Positions 49,961 to 58,583 of a DNA stretch of 64,000 nucleotides are shown in pieces (positions within the stretch are counted from its first letter, which is position 1; every line of letters begins with the position of its first letter). The notes beneath the pieces were generated by a model. It was not told the DNA's origin, made no database searches, and saw only the letters and a program-made list of their open reading frames with translations. Source of the stretch: Dehalococcoidia bacterium. GTDB taxonomy: Bacteria > Chloroflexota > Dehalococcoidia > UBA2979. A program made the position numbers and the translations under genes. The stretch covers positions 37,298 to 101,297 of the forward strand of contig JAPYRK010000002.1 in assembly GCA_029941115.1 (NCBI GenBank). Direction: 5' to 3'.

Positions 49961-50848
49961 ATGTCTGAAAAAATTATATCTACATCAACTGACGATAACA
50001 AAAGTACGGAAAATTCGTTATCGAGAGAAGCTGAAGCACAACTTGCCTCAACATTACAACAAAACATTCAAAGAAGACTCTCGCTTGACGTCTGGTCCCG
50101 CCCTACGAGCTCAATTTACAGGAGTGACCGTGATGACGCTCGTCATGGTATGGAAATGACAAATCTTGTACGACAAATTACCTCGCTACATGAGGCGATA
50201 TCCTTCACGCCCTATGATATTGACACTTTTGCCAAAAGAGCCGAACAGGATTTTGTTACTGTAGCGCCGACAATAGTTGCTCGATCAGCAGGACATTCAA
50301 TCCGACTCGTGGGTATTCCCGCTGGAACATTGTTTCCGGCATTCATCGATGTAATAGTTTCTCTCACCTATCTAAGCCTCCCCCTTGATGATGAGATTTA
50401 CCAGGTTATAGCGAAAATTGAGTCGGCCGTAAACAACGGATCACCGGTTGAGGTGGAATTGTTTGTGACACCCTATGACGACATATCCAGTCGACTTTAT
50501 GGAATTTTTGGTGTCGTGGCGGCAGCTACAAAATCAGTAAGGGTAACTATTACTGAAATTGCTGAGTTCCCAATACTGGCAAAAAATAGACTCATAGAGC
50601 AAGTTCCAGTAGTTACCCTCAACGGGCATCGATTTATTGGTGTTTGGGCGCTGCATGAAATACTTCACCAAATATTACACATAGCTAAATCTGAGGATGA
50701 AATCGTTGTCCGCGAAGAATCTTTTTCTGGGCCTTATGTTAGCGAGGATGATGCGTTGAAATTAGTTAGTGAACAATCACAAACTAACTCAAATATGACC
50801 AGTTCAGACTTAAAAGAAACAGATAGTGGTTTACTCATTCCCCGCTAA
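49961..50848 (+). CDS. Tandem thioredoxin-fold protein (PDO/AhpF N-domain homologue) with no cysteines
   Basis: IRLVGIPAG..F..FI, VELFVTP, EIAEFP.LA and VP.V..NG match PDO; both CxxC sites are replaced. Confidence 0.7.
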   Translation: MSEKIISTSTDDNKSTENSLSREAEAQLASTLQQNIQRRLSLDVWSRPTSSIYRSDRDDARHGMEMTNLVRQITSLHEAISFTPYDIDTFAKRAEQDFVTVAPTIVARSAGHSIRLVGIPAGTLFPAFIDVIVSLTYLSLPLDDEIYQVIAKIESAVNNGSPVEVELFVTPYDDISSRLYGIFGVVAAATKSVRVTITEIAEFPILAKNRLIEQVPVVTLNGHRFIGVWALHEILHQILHIAKSEDEIVVREESFSGPYVSEDDALKLVSEQSQTNSNMTSSDLKETDSGLLIPR

Positions 50849-51995
50849 TTGGGGCATCACCCTTCTCCAATAGTAAATTTTGATAATAATCCGTAATACG
50901 AGCCGAAATGCGAGACCAGTCAAATTCAGCCACACGCACTCTGCCATTTTCACCAAGACGGCTTCGGAGAATCGGACTATCAATTAGTCTAGTCATCGCA
51001 GCCGACAACTCTGTCACATCCTCGGCAGGGACTAAGATACCTTCTTTTTCATTGCGAACTACATACGAATAACCCACAATATTCGAGGCTATGACGGGTA
51101 GATGGGCAGACATAGCTTCCATCAAGACATAGCCCTGACTTTCATTGCCGGTAGCTGGTGAAACAAATAAATCAGCACTGCGATAATATCGAGGTAGCTG
51201 CTCATTAGTAGGATTCGTGACCCAAACGATATCTTCACCCAACCCACTACTAATGATGTTTTTTTTGTATTTTCTCTGCCTTTCAGAATCAGGGCCTACC
51301 ACAATTAAACGGGCAGATGGGCGTATACGATTTACAATGCTGAACGCGTCAAGCAGAACCCCAAGACCCTTACGCTTCTCCGCACGCCCCACATAGAGAA
51401 TATTAACTCGATCATCACCCCTTAAAGAATCTATTGGAGAAAGATCGGGATCATCCCACGTGTCAATATCAATGCCATTCGGAATTATTTCATAGGAATC
51501 AGGAAAATATCTGGAAACATAATCTTTCGCGGAAGACGATACCGCTATCTTCCCGTCTAGTCTTTCCATATATTTTTTAAGAAGCCTATTACCTAGGAAA
51601 TACATCAGATTTCCCTTCTCTCGAGTTGCATGAAACGTGCCGACATTAACAACGTCAGGGATAAATTTCTTGGAATAATGCAACGCCATTAACGATAACA
51701 AAGGCATAAATGGCTCATGGTAATGTATTAAGTCAAACTGGCTTGAAGAAAGAATATCTTTAATAGAAGTGATCTGTTTTGGATTAATCACAATTCTAGC
51801 CTGAGAACCGGAAGCCGGAAGTGAAACGGGCTTGCCCAAAATGTTAACAGTCTTGCCTGCGCTTTCGTGACTCGCGGGAGCAATTATGTCTACTTGATGA
51901 CCCAGATCACGCATGATATTTGCAAGCTTAAAAATATGATTGTTTACACCACTTGGAACGGACCAATCATAAGGTGAAACATAGGCAATTTTCAA
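50835..51995 (-). CDS. pimA: GT4 glycosyltransferase, PimA-like (phosphatidylinositol mannosyltransferase)
   Basis: MKIAYVSPYDWSVPSGV..H, HYHEP, VGTFH, IAVS, IPNG, GR.E.RKG and ESQGYVLMEAM; context with pgsA/patA/ino1. Confidence 0.75.
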   Translation of the reverse strand: MKIAYVSPYDWSVPSGVNNHIFKLANIMRDLGHQVDIIAPASHESAGKTVNILGKPVSLPASGSQARIVINPKQITSIKDILSSSQFDLIHYHEPFMPLLSLMALHYSKKFIPDVVNVGTFHATREKGNLMYFLGNRLLKKYMERLDGKIAVSSSAKDYVSRYFPDSYEIIPNGIDIDTWDDPDLSPIDSLRGDDRVNILYVGRAEKRKGLGVLLDAFSIVNRIRPSARLIVVGPDSERQRKYKKNIISSGLGEDIVWVTNPTNEQLPRYYRSADLFVSPATGNESQGYVLMEAMSAHLPVIASNIVGYSYVVRNEKEGILVPAEDVTELSAAMTRLIDSPILRSRLGENGRVRVAEFDWSRISARITDYYQNLLLEKGDAPISGE

Positions 51996-52014
51996 AAACC
52001 ATACTCCTTAAATT

Positions 52015-52791
52015 CTAAAATTCGCTGCCACGAAATCGTCTAATCATCTTTGCGGCAATCTTTTTTGGTGTGACAGCTAAACCCCTAGCTTGCTGTGCAA
52101 CTAGACGTCCCAACCCAATCTCTAAAAATGAAAATTCAGTGTCAATCAATCCGATCGTCGTATGACTACTTATTGCTCGTCGTAAAGAGTTATCGGTCTG
52201 ACCACAAAACAATGTGTATCCGCTCCCAATAGCCTCTTTGAAATGTGCGTCCGAACCACCAGTCTCAGCAAGATTCCATCTTTCACGATTAAGTCTTGTT
52301 ACTCTCTGCCCAGAATGAAAACCAGAAAACCTATGAGTTGATGTCGGATTTCCAACCTCGATCGCATCTGGTCGGTAAATCTCGTCTGCTCGCTGCATCA
52401 ACTTATCAAGAGATCGATAACCCACCGATCGAGTTAAATGTGAAAATGGATGCGGAATAATCACAATTCCACCTAACTGATGCACAAGTTCGATAGTTCT
52501 ATGTAAGGGTTTAAAAGAAGGCACTGGCTTATCAATCCAAAGAGCTAATATATGACCCGACAATGTGGTTATCTCTGTTCCCGTCACAAAATCGAACGAG
52601 TAATTACCCTTCGCATGTACCTCGCGGGCCTCAACTGCTCCACGGATATCGTCATGATCTGTAATAGCTATGACATTAAGAAAGCCTGATCGTTCGGTGG
52701 AGTCAAAAATGGTTTTCGCACTATCCATACCATCTCCAAATGAGCTATGCACTTGTAAATCTGCTCGCCCATATAACGGAAAATTAACCAT
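52015..52791 (-). CDS. PHP-domain metal-dependent phosphoesterase
   Basis: ADLQVHS..GDG, AITDHD, GTEIT..GH, IPHPF, IEV.N and GGSDAH. Confidence 0.88.
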   Translation of the reverse strand: MVNFPLYGRADLQVHSSFGDGMDSAKTIFDSTERSGFLNVIAITDHDDIRGAVEAREVHAKGNYSFDFVTGTEITTLSGHILALWIDKPVPSFKPLHRTIELVHQLGGIVIIPHPFSHLTRSVGYRSLDKLMQRADEIYRPDAIEVGNPTSTHRFSGFHSGQRVTRLNRERWNLAETGGSDAHFKEAIGSGYTLFCGQTDNSLRRAISSHTTIGLIDTEFSFLEIGLGRLVAQQARGLAVTPKKIAAKMIRRFRGSEF

Positions 52792-52858
52792 ATATAAATT
52801 ATAAAGGTCGCATTGAATACAATTATTTTAAGAATCTAGCGAACTATTTAGAACATAT

Positions 52859-53743
52859 TCATTCAGTCGGCTCAACCCATATTGGATTAAGGGGAAACCA
52901 TTGATCTGGCCAGCGTCGAATACCAGCTTCAAGTTCAGATATCAAAGACTGCATATTCTCCAGTCGTTCTAGCACCGGATCGTCACCATGAAAATTAAAA
53001 CAAATCTTTGTAAAATGTAGCCCATAATGTCCGGGTCGTGTCCTCGGTGCCCAAAAAATAAGCACCTCAGCATCTGTAGATTCAGCCAAGTTTAGGGCCC
53101 CCTCCGGAATTGGTGCCTTTGCCCCGAAAAAATCAAACAGTCTTGCCCTACCAACTACGTCACGATCTGTTAACAAAGCAAGTAGTCCACCAGAATTAAG
53201 ATGTCTGTGAGCCCGCCTCAGTCCAAGAAAGTTAGCAGGGAAGAAGCATACGCCGGTCTGTCGACGAATCCCATACATAAACTTATTAACCAGTTCTGAC
53301 CTTAGTGCCTCAGAAATCACTCCAGTATTCAATCCAAACTTACCTATTGCCTGCCCAATAATTTCTGGATTACCAACATGAGCCGAAATGACAATTACGC
53401 CCTTTCCTCTGTCCATCGCTTCGAACAATAAGTCGAGACCAACAAATTCGTCTATGTATTGAGCAAAGTTATCACCGGCTAAACGGGAATATCTCGGTAA
53501 ATCTGTGTAATAGCGCACCGCAGTAAGTAAAAATCCGCGAGCTGTTCTCTCAATCAGGCTTTCAGATGTGCCTTCACCGAATACCCGCTCCGCACGCTTG
53601 AGAAGAGTGCGCCGCAATTGAGTATTGGTCAGCCATACTACTGAAGCTACTGCGTGTGCAATGTGGTCAAGTATCCCGTCAGGCAGCAATCGCCCAAAAC
53701 TGACCATTAACTGCAATCCTAAATATTTAATCAATCCTGACAC
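52859..53743 (-). CDS. Lysophospholipid/lipid-A-type acyltransferase (PatA-like), copy B
   Basis: GKGVIVISAHVGNPE (Hx4E), LLTDRD, FFG and IRRWPDQW. Confidence 0.85.
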   Translation of the reverse strand: MSGLIKYLGLQLMVSFGRLLPDGILDHIAHAVASVVWLTNTQLRRTLLKRAERVFGEGTSESLIERTARGFLLTAVRYYTDLPRYSRLAGDNFAQYIDEFVGLDLLFEAMDRGKGVIVISAHVGNPEIIGQAIGKFGLNTGVISEALRSELVNKFMYGIRRQTGVCFFPANFLGLRRAHRHLNSGGLLALLTDRDVVGRARLFDFFGAKAPIPEGALNLAESTDAEVLIFWAPRTRPGHYGLHFTKICFNFHGDDPVLERLENMQSLISELEAGIRRWPDQWFPLNPIWVEPTE

Positions 53744-54654
53744 AAATTCGTATGGCCTCCTCTATCAAATCTATCCTCGGTCCAAAAATATCGGTACATA
53801 TGCCATTGGCTCGGATTATTTCGAATTAATTTTTCGATTGCATTCATCATGCTTTGAGTTAAAGAAACAACATCATTATGCATGCTAGATGTAGATTCAA
53901 AAGAAACGGGTTCAATCAATAACAGAGCCTTATCAGAATATCTACCCGCCCTCAGTGGAAGGCCCGCAATAATCGGAGCTCCCGATAATATTGAGAGTCT
54001 TGCTGGGCCATCGTGAATTAAGACATCCTCGCCGAAAAACTGAACCTCAACACCCTCTTCAATTACAGGTGGCACATCAACCAAAATACTTACTAAATTA
54101 TTTTGCTTGAGTCGCCTATAAATGCGTAAGGCTTGACCTTTCGATGCAATGAGGTCGAATCCTAAACTATGCCTAATCTTTTGGAGTAGGAAATTCAATC
54201 TTTGATTTTCAAACTCGTCTACTACGACTGAAGTTGGTATGTTTAGCAGCTGACTGGCGGCTGCCGGACCAAAGTCCCACATGCCAGCATGAAGACCTAC
54301 GGCAATCACGCCTTTTCCTCGTCTCAGATCGTGAACAACGCTCGCTTGGGGGATCTCAACTCGGCTCCTAACATCCCGAACTCCGGTCTCACGAGATTGA
54401 TGTAATAACCGAATTAAGTCGACCACGTACACTCCATAGGACTGAAATGATTTTCGAGCCAGCTCGTGTGCTAGCTCGATATTGCCCTCCGTCAGTCGTG
54501 CCATATTAGTGATCGTAATCCGTCTTCTTGTAGACATGAAACGAAAGACCACTCCACCCATAAATGAAGCGACTCTGTAGCTAACTTGAACGGGAATCAA
54601 ATTAATAGACAGCAGAAAAAAATCAACTATTAACGAAATAACTGTTTTACTCAT
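53731..54654 (-). CDS. Lysophospholipid/lipid-A-type acyltransferase (PatA-like), copy A
   Basis: GKGVIAVGLHAGMWD (Hx4D), ILVD, VQFFG, GPARL and IRNNPSQWH. Confidence 0.85.
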   Translation of the reverse strand: MSKTVISLIVDFFLLSINLIPVQVSYRVASFMGGVVFRFMSTRRRITITNMARLTEGNIELAHELARKSFQSYGVYVVDLIRLLHQSRETGVRDVRSRVEIPQASVVHDLRRGKGVIAVGLHAGMWDFGPAAASQLLNIPTSVVVDEFENQRLNFLLQKIRHSLGFDLIASKGQALRIYRRLKQNNLVSILVDVPPVIEEGVEVQFFGEDVLIHDGPARLSILSGAPIIAGLPLRAGRYSDKALLLIEPVSFESTSSMHNDVVSLTQSMMNAIEKLIRNNPSQWHMYRYFWTEDRFDRGGHTNLCQD

Positions 54655-54735
54655 GCAGCTACAAGATAGCTTAAACGCGGCAGAATTTCAGTCTCTCCCA
54701 CGGTCCTTGCTATAAAAATAAACTGAGTGAATTGA

Positions 54736-55836
54736 CTATTTAGCTTCTATAAAATCCTCGAGTGCCAATCGCGCTACCTCGTCTCGCATTTGTCGCGGTG
54801 GCGACTTCATAAAATATGCTGAGGCTTCAAATACAGGTCCACCTACGCCTCGGTCCAACGCTAATTTTGCGCACCGAACAGCATCAATAACAACGCCAGC
54901 CGAGTTTGGTGAATCCCACACTTCTAACTTAGTCTCAAGATTCAAGGGAACGTTTCCAAAGGTTGTTCCCTCAACTCTAATATGACACCACTTTCTATCT
55001 AAAAGCCAGGGTACATAATCAGACGGGCCGACATGAACATCTGCATCTGGTAAGTCGTACTCAATTTGACTCGTTACAGCCGATGTTTTAGAAATTTTCT
55101 TGGACAGAAGGCGTTCCCTCTCAAGCATATTCATAAAGTCCGTATTTCCACCGAAATTCAGTTGGTACGTTCTATCAATTTGTACGCCTCTATCTTGAAA
55201 CAAGCGGACTAAAAGTCGATGTAATATCGTGGCCCCGACTTGACTCTTAATATCATCGCCAATAATCGGTAAATTAGCCTTTTCAAATCGATCAGCCCAA
55301 TAGTTGTCTTTGGCTATAAACACAGGAATGCAATTGATGAATGCACAACCCGCCGCTATTATTTGCTCAACATACCATTTTGTAGCATTTTCACTACCAA
55401 CAGGAAGATAAGAAATTACAACGTCCGTCTTAGTGTCCTTAAGTATCTGAGCGATATCAGCGGTTTGCCCTGGCGCTTTTTCAATCACTTCAGATAAATA
55501 TTTTCCAATACCATCGTGGGTCATTCCTCTTTCGACGGTTATTCCTGTTTTTGGAACTTCGGAAAACTTCACCGTATTATTCTGTCCACTAAATACAGCT
55601 TCAGAAAGATCCTTCCCTACTTTATCGGCATCAACATCAAACGCAGCTGTGAACTCGATATCCTTAATGTGATAGCCTCCAAGAACCGGATGCATTAATC
55701 CCGGAATTTCGTCACTTGCCTCTGCTGACTTATAAAATTCGACGCCTTGCACCAAGGACGAGGCACAGTTTCCAACGCCGATAATAGCCACACGAACCTT
55801 GGCATTCTCGGAATTTGTATTCTTTTTCTTTGCCAT
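54736..55836 (-). CDS. ino1: myo-Inositol-1(3)-phosphate synthase
   Basis: [57 protein letters not shown] and YFMKSPP. Confidence 0.96.
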   Translation of the reverse strand: MAKKKNTNSENAKVRVAIIGVGNCASSLVQGVEFYKSAEASDEIPGLMHPVLGGYHIKDIEFTAAFDVDADKVGKDLSEAVFSGQNNTVKFSEVPKTGITVERGMTHDGIGKYLSEVIEKAPGQTADIAQILKDTKTDVVISYLPVGSENATKWYVEQIIAAGCAFINCIPVFIAKDNYWADRFEKANLPIIGDDIKSQVGATILHRLLVRLFQDRGVQIDRTYQLNFGGNTDFMNMLERERLLSKKISKTSAVTSQIEYDLPDADVHVGPSDYVPWLLDRKWCHIRVEGTTFGNVPLNLETKLEVWDSPNSAGVVIDAVRCAKLALDRGVGGPVFEASAYFMKSPPRQMRDEVARLALEDFIEAK

Positions 55837-55920
55837 TTATTAACCTAACCTCTCGGAACTAATTTAAAACAATACTCCGCTATTACTATCAATAAGTCAA
55901 ATTAATCTTTATTATGTAAC

Positions 55921-55939
55921 ATATAAGGTTTACTTATAT
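55921..55939. promoter_or_regulatory. LysR-type T-N11-A operator
   Basis: Perfect inverted repeat ATATAAG-GTTTA-CTTATAT containing T-N11-A, between divergent ino1 and lysR. Confidence 0.65.
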
Positions 55940-55952
55940 TATCGGAGTCCAT

Positions 55953-56813
55953 ATGGAATTCTCATCGAAGCAACTTTTATACCTGAGCACAATAGATAAA
56001 AAGAATACTTTGGCTGCCGCAGCGGATGAATTGCAAATAACGCAACCGGCCTTATCGTTTGCAATCATTGAGCTAGAACGCAAACTAGGTGTGCAACTGT
56101 TCGAAAAAAAAGGGCGAAGAAAAATACTTACCCCGTCCGGCCAACTCGTTACCAAATTTGCAAACGAAACACTGTACAGGGCAGGCGAATTATCTGAGCT
56201 TCTCTCAATAGATAACCAGGGCAACGAAGGTTCACTGCGTGTAGGCATGATCGATGCTGCATCCCTCTATCTTTTACCAACTGCCATCAAAGCTTTCAAA
56301 ACCGAAACACCAAATATCAAGTTGTACATCACAGTCAACGATTCAGATACTTTGACTGAACAGTTACAGAACTTTGAAATAGACATTGCTTTTGTAGTCT
56401 CAAAAGATGAAAATAATTTAGATAATTCCAAACTAGTCTCTACTCTCATCCTAGAAGAATCTCTCGTGCTCTGTAATCCAATCTTAAATGGCAAACATCC
56501 AATGACAGAATGGGCACTTTATCCCGAGAAATCTAGGACTAGGGCACTGATAGATGAAGGAATTCAAGCGCTTGGACTTGAACCAAATACGATAATTCAA
56601 TCTTCAAATCCGCAGATTCTCCGACAGCTTGTCCTACTTGGATTGGCCACAAGCATACTGCCAGAGCAGGTGGCTAAAGAAAATAACAATATTTACGTAG
56701 GAAAGGAGATTGCACGACGCAGGATTACTGCACTGCGCCGAGCTAATTCTCCATTTGACCCAAAGGCCTCAAGCCTAATCGCTCTTGCTCTCCAGGTTTA
56801 CAACAACGTCTAA
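55953..56813 (+). CDS. LysR-family transcriptional regulator
   Basis: AAADELQITQPALS.AI.ELE..LGVQLF HTH, followed by LTPSG and GSLRVG. Confidence 0.93.
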   Translation: MEFSSKQLLYLSTIDKKNTLAAAADELQITQPALSFAIIELERKLGVQLFEKKGRRKILTPSGQLVTKFANETLYRAGELSELLSIDNQGNEGSLRVGMIDAASLYLLPTAIKAFKTETPNIKLYITVNDSDTLTEQLQNFEIDIAFVVSKDENNLDNSKLVSTLILEESLVLCNPILNGKHPMTEWALYPEKSRTRALIDEGIQALGLEPNTIIQSSNPQILRQLVLLGLATSILPEQVAKENNNIYVGKEIARRRITALRRANSPFDPKASSLIALALQVYNNV

Positions 56814-56815
56814 AT

Positions 56816-57085
56816 TTAGACCATTGCCTTGAGTTTTGCACCAGCCTTGACTTTCACAGCTGCTCGAGCAGGAACGTTGACTGTTTCACCAGTCTGTGGA
56901 TTCCTTGCCGTTCGAGCACTACGTTGTACTTTCTCAAAAGAAATCCACCCCGTAAGAGTGGCCTTATCTCCTCGCTTGACGGCTTCCCCAATACTTTCAA
57001 GAAGTCCATTTACCGCTGCTTCAACTGTCGAAGCCGGCAAATTTGCCCTCTTGGCCGCGTCGCTAATTAAATCACCTTTATTCAT
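56816..57085 (-). CDS. hup: HU DNA-binding protein
   Basis: MNKGDLI and RSARTARNPQTGE.V.VPA; AGGAG SD upstream. Confidence 0.93.
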   Translation of the reverse strand: MNKGDLISDAAKRANLPASTVEAAVNGLLESIGEAVKRGDKATLTGWISFEKVQRSARTARNPQTGETVNVPARAAVKVKAGAKLKAMV

Positions 57086-57191
57086 TTAACACTCCTAATC
57101 TGTTCACATGCTTAAGCGTTATAACAGTTGTAAGGCCTGAATAGCGCCATGTCTACCCCCTACCACATTAAATCTCTTATCAGATAAAGAA

Positions 57192-58160
57192 CTAGAGACC
57201 TAAATATTTATAGGATTTCCACAGGCCAACGCCCAAGTCCCTCTCTAAAATCGCCACTAATTCTCCGCTTGGGCCATATGCCCGTATCAGATCTGCATCG
57301 AAGTCAGTTGATAAATATCTTCGATAGGGAGACAAAATAATGGGCTGACCATATCCTAGGTCGCGTGTTTCGGAGTTACGTAGTATCGCAGCGGGCCAAG
57401 ATTCAAGAATTTTATCGATGGGCAATATTAATTTCTTCAGCGAATTTTCTTCGCCATAGAGGCTAACCTCATCGAGCTTCACCGCTTCATTTATAACAAA
57501 ATCACCCACCTGCGTACGGCGTAAATCCGCGAGATGCGCTCCGCATCCAAGGAATTCGCCCAAATCATGCACCAGTGATCGAACGTAGAAACCTCGACCA
57601 CATTCAATTTCTATTTGTACTTGAGGCAGCTCACTATTTTTTCTCTTAACATCACTCGTCTTCCATCTGTAAATTAAAACTCGACGGGGATCAAAATCAA
57701 TATTCTTGTTTTTTCTCGCTAACTTATAAGCTGCTATCCCCTCTCTCTTTAGTGCGCTAAAAATGGGTGGCTTCTGCATTATTGGAGTTTCTGACTCACC
57801 GATATCGACTGACTCGATTCTCTGAGACATAATTAATCGATCCAATCCCTCAGATACTAAAGGCTCGTCAATCTTGCTGATTTGATTAGGCTCTGCACGG
57901 AAAGTGATATTTCCCTCCGAGTCATACGAATCCGTCGATAGACCAAAAGTCACAGTCGCCAAATACACTTTACGCATCCGCAGAAATTCATCAGAAAACC
58001 TCGTCGCACTGCCTATCACGATAGGAAGGATTCCAGTGGCGCTGGGATCAAGGGTTCCGCCATGACCAACCTTATAAGGCCCCACAATTTTCTTCACTCG
58101 CCGGACAGCTTCAGCCGATGAAATTCCTTTTGGCTTATCTAAATTTAAAAATCCATGCAT
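57192..58160 (-). CDS. truB: tRNA pseudouridine(55) synthase
   Basis: LDKPKG.SS, KVGHGGTLDP.ATG, QKPP.FSALK, GFYVRSL.HDLG and LRRT. Confidence 0.95.
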   Translation of the reverse strand: MHGFLNLDKPKGISSAEAVRRVKKIVGPYKVGHGGTLDPSATGILPIVIGSATRFSDEFLRMRKVYLATVTFGLSTDSYDSEGNITFRAEPNQISKIDEPLVSEGLDRLIMSQRIESVDIGESETPIMQKPPIFSALKREGIAAYKLARKNKNIDFDPRRVLIYRWKTSDVKRKNSELPQVQIEIECGRGFYVRSLVHDLGEFLGCGAHLADLRRTQVGDFVINEAVKLDEVSLYGEENSLKKLILPIDKILESWPAAILRNSETRDLGYGQPIILSPYRRYLSTDFDADLIRAYGPSGELVAILERDLGVGLWKSYKYLGL

Positions 58161-58244
58161 TGTTAAAACACTATATAACTCTAAAATCTATTTTTATTAT
58201 TATTTTAAGCAGAGCGAGAATCTGCATTAACTGTTATCGCGAAG

Positions 58245-58583
58245 CTAAAGATTTCTTAGTAATTTACCTATTTTGTCGGCCTCATCAAAAGACTCATCTG
58301 CAACAAATTCCAGCCTCGGGATCCTACGTAATCGTAGCTCATTTCCCAACTCTCTCCTGAGAAATCCGGATGCTCTCTGCAAACCCTCCATAACGAGTGA
58401 AAATGTTTCTTCATCCCCTTGAACGGTGATAAATACTTTTGCCGAGGCCAAATCACTTGAAACATCAACACCTGTGATTGTATATATTGCATCACGCACA
58501 CGAGGATCTTTAATTCGCCTCGGTGCGATCTCAGCTAACGTGCGCTGAATAGTATCTTGAACACTCTCAATTCTTCGAGTCAG
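58245..58583 (-). CDS. rbfA: 30S ribosome-binding factor A (probable CTG start)
   Basis: Extended frame (M)[18 protein letters not shown]...IKDPRV, VDVSSDL..AKV and LRLRRIPRLEF; follows infB. Confidence 0.9.
   Translation of the reverse strand: MTRRIESVQDTIQRTLAEIAPRRIKDPRVRDAIYTITGVDVSSDLASAKVFITVQGDEETFSLVMEGLQRASGFLRRELGNELRLRRIPRLEFVADESFDEADKIGKLLRNL

Noticed and set aside
52859..54654. Acyltransferases as lipid A (LpxL/LpxM) genes
   Set aside because: There is no lpx/kds context, and the neighbours ino1, pimA-like and pgsA-like favour PI-glycolipid acylation.
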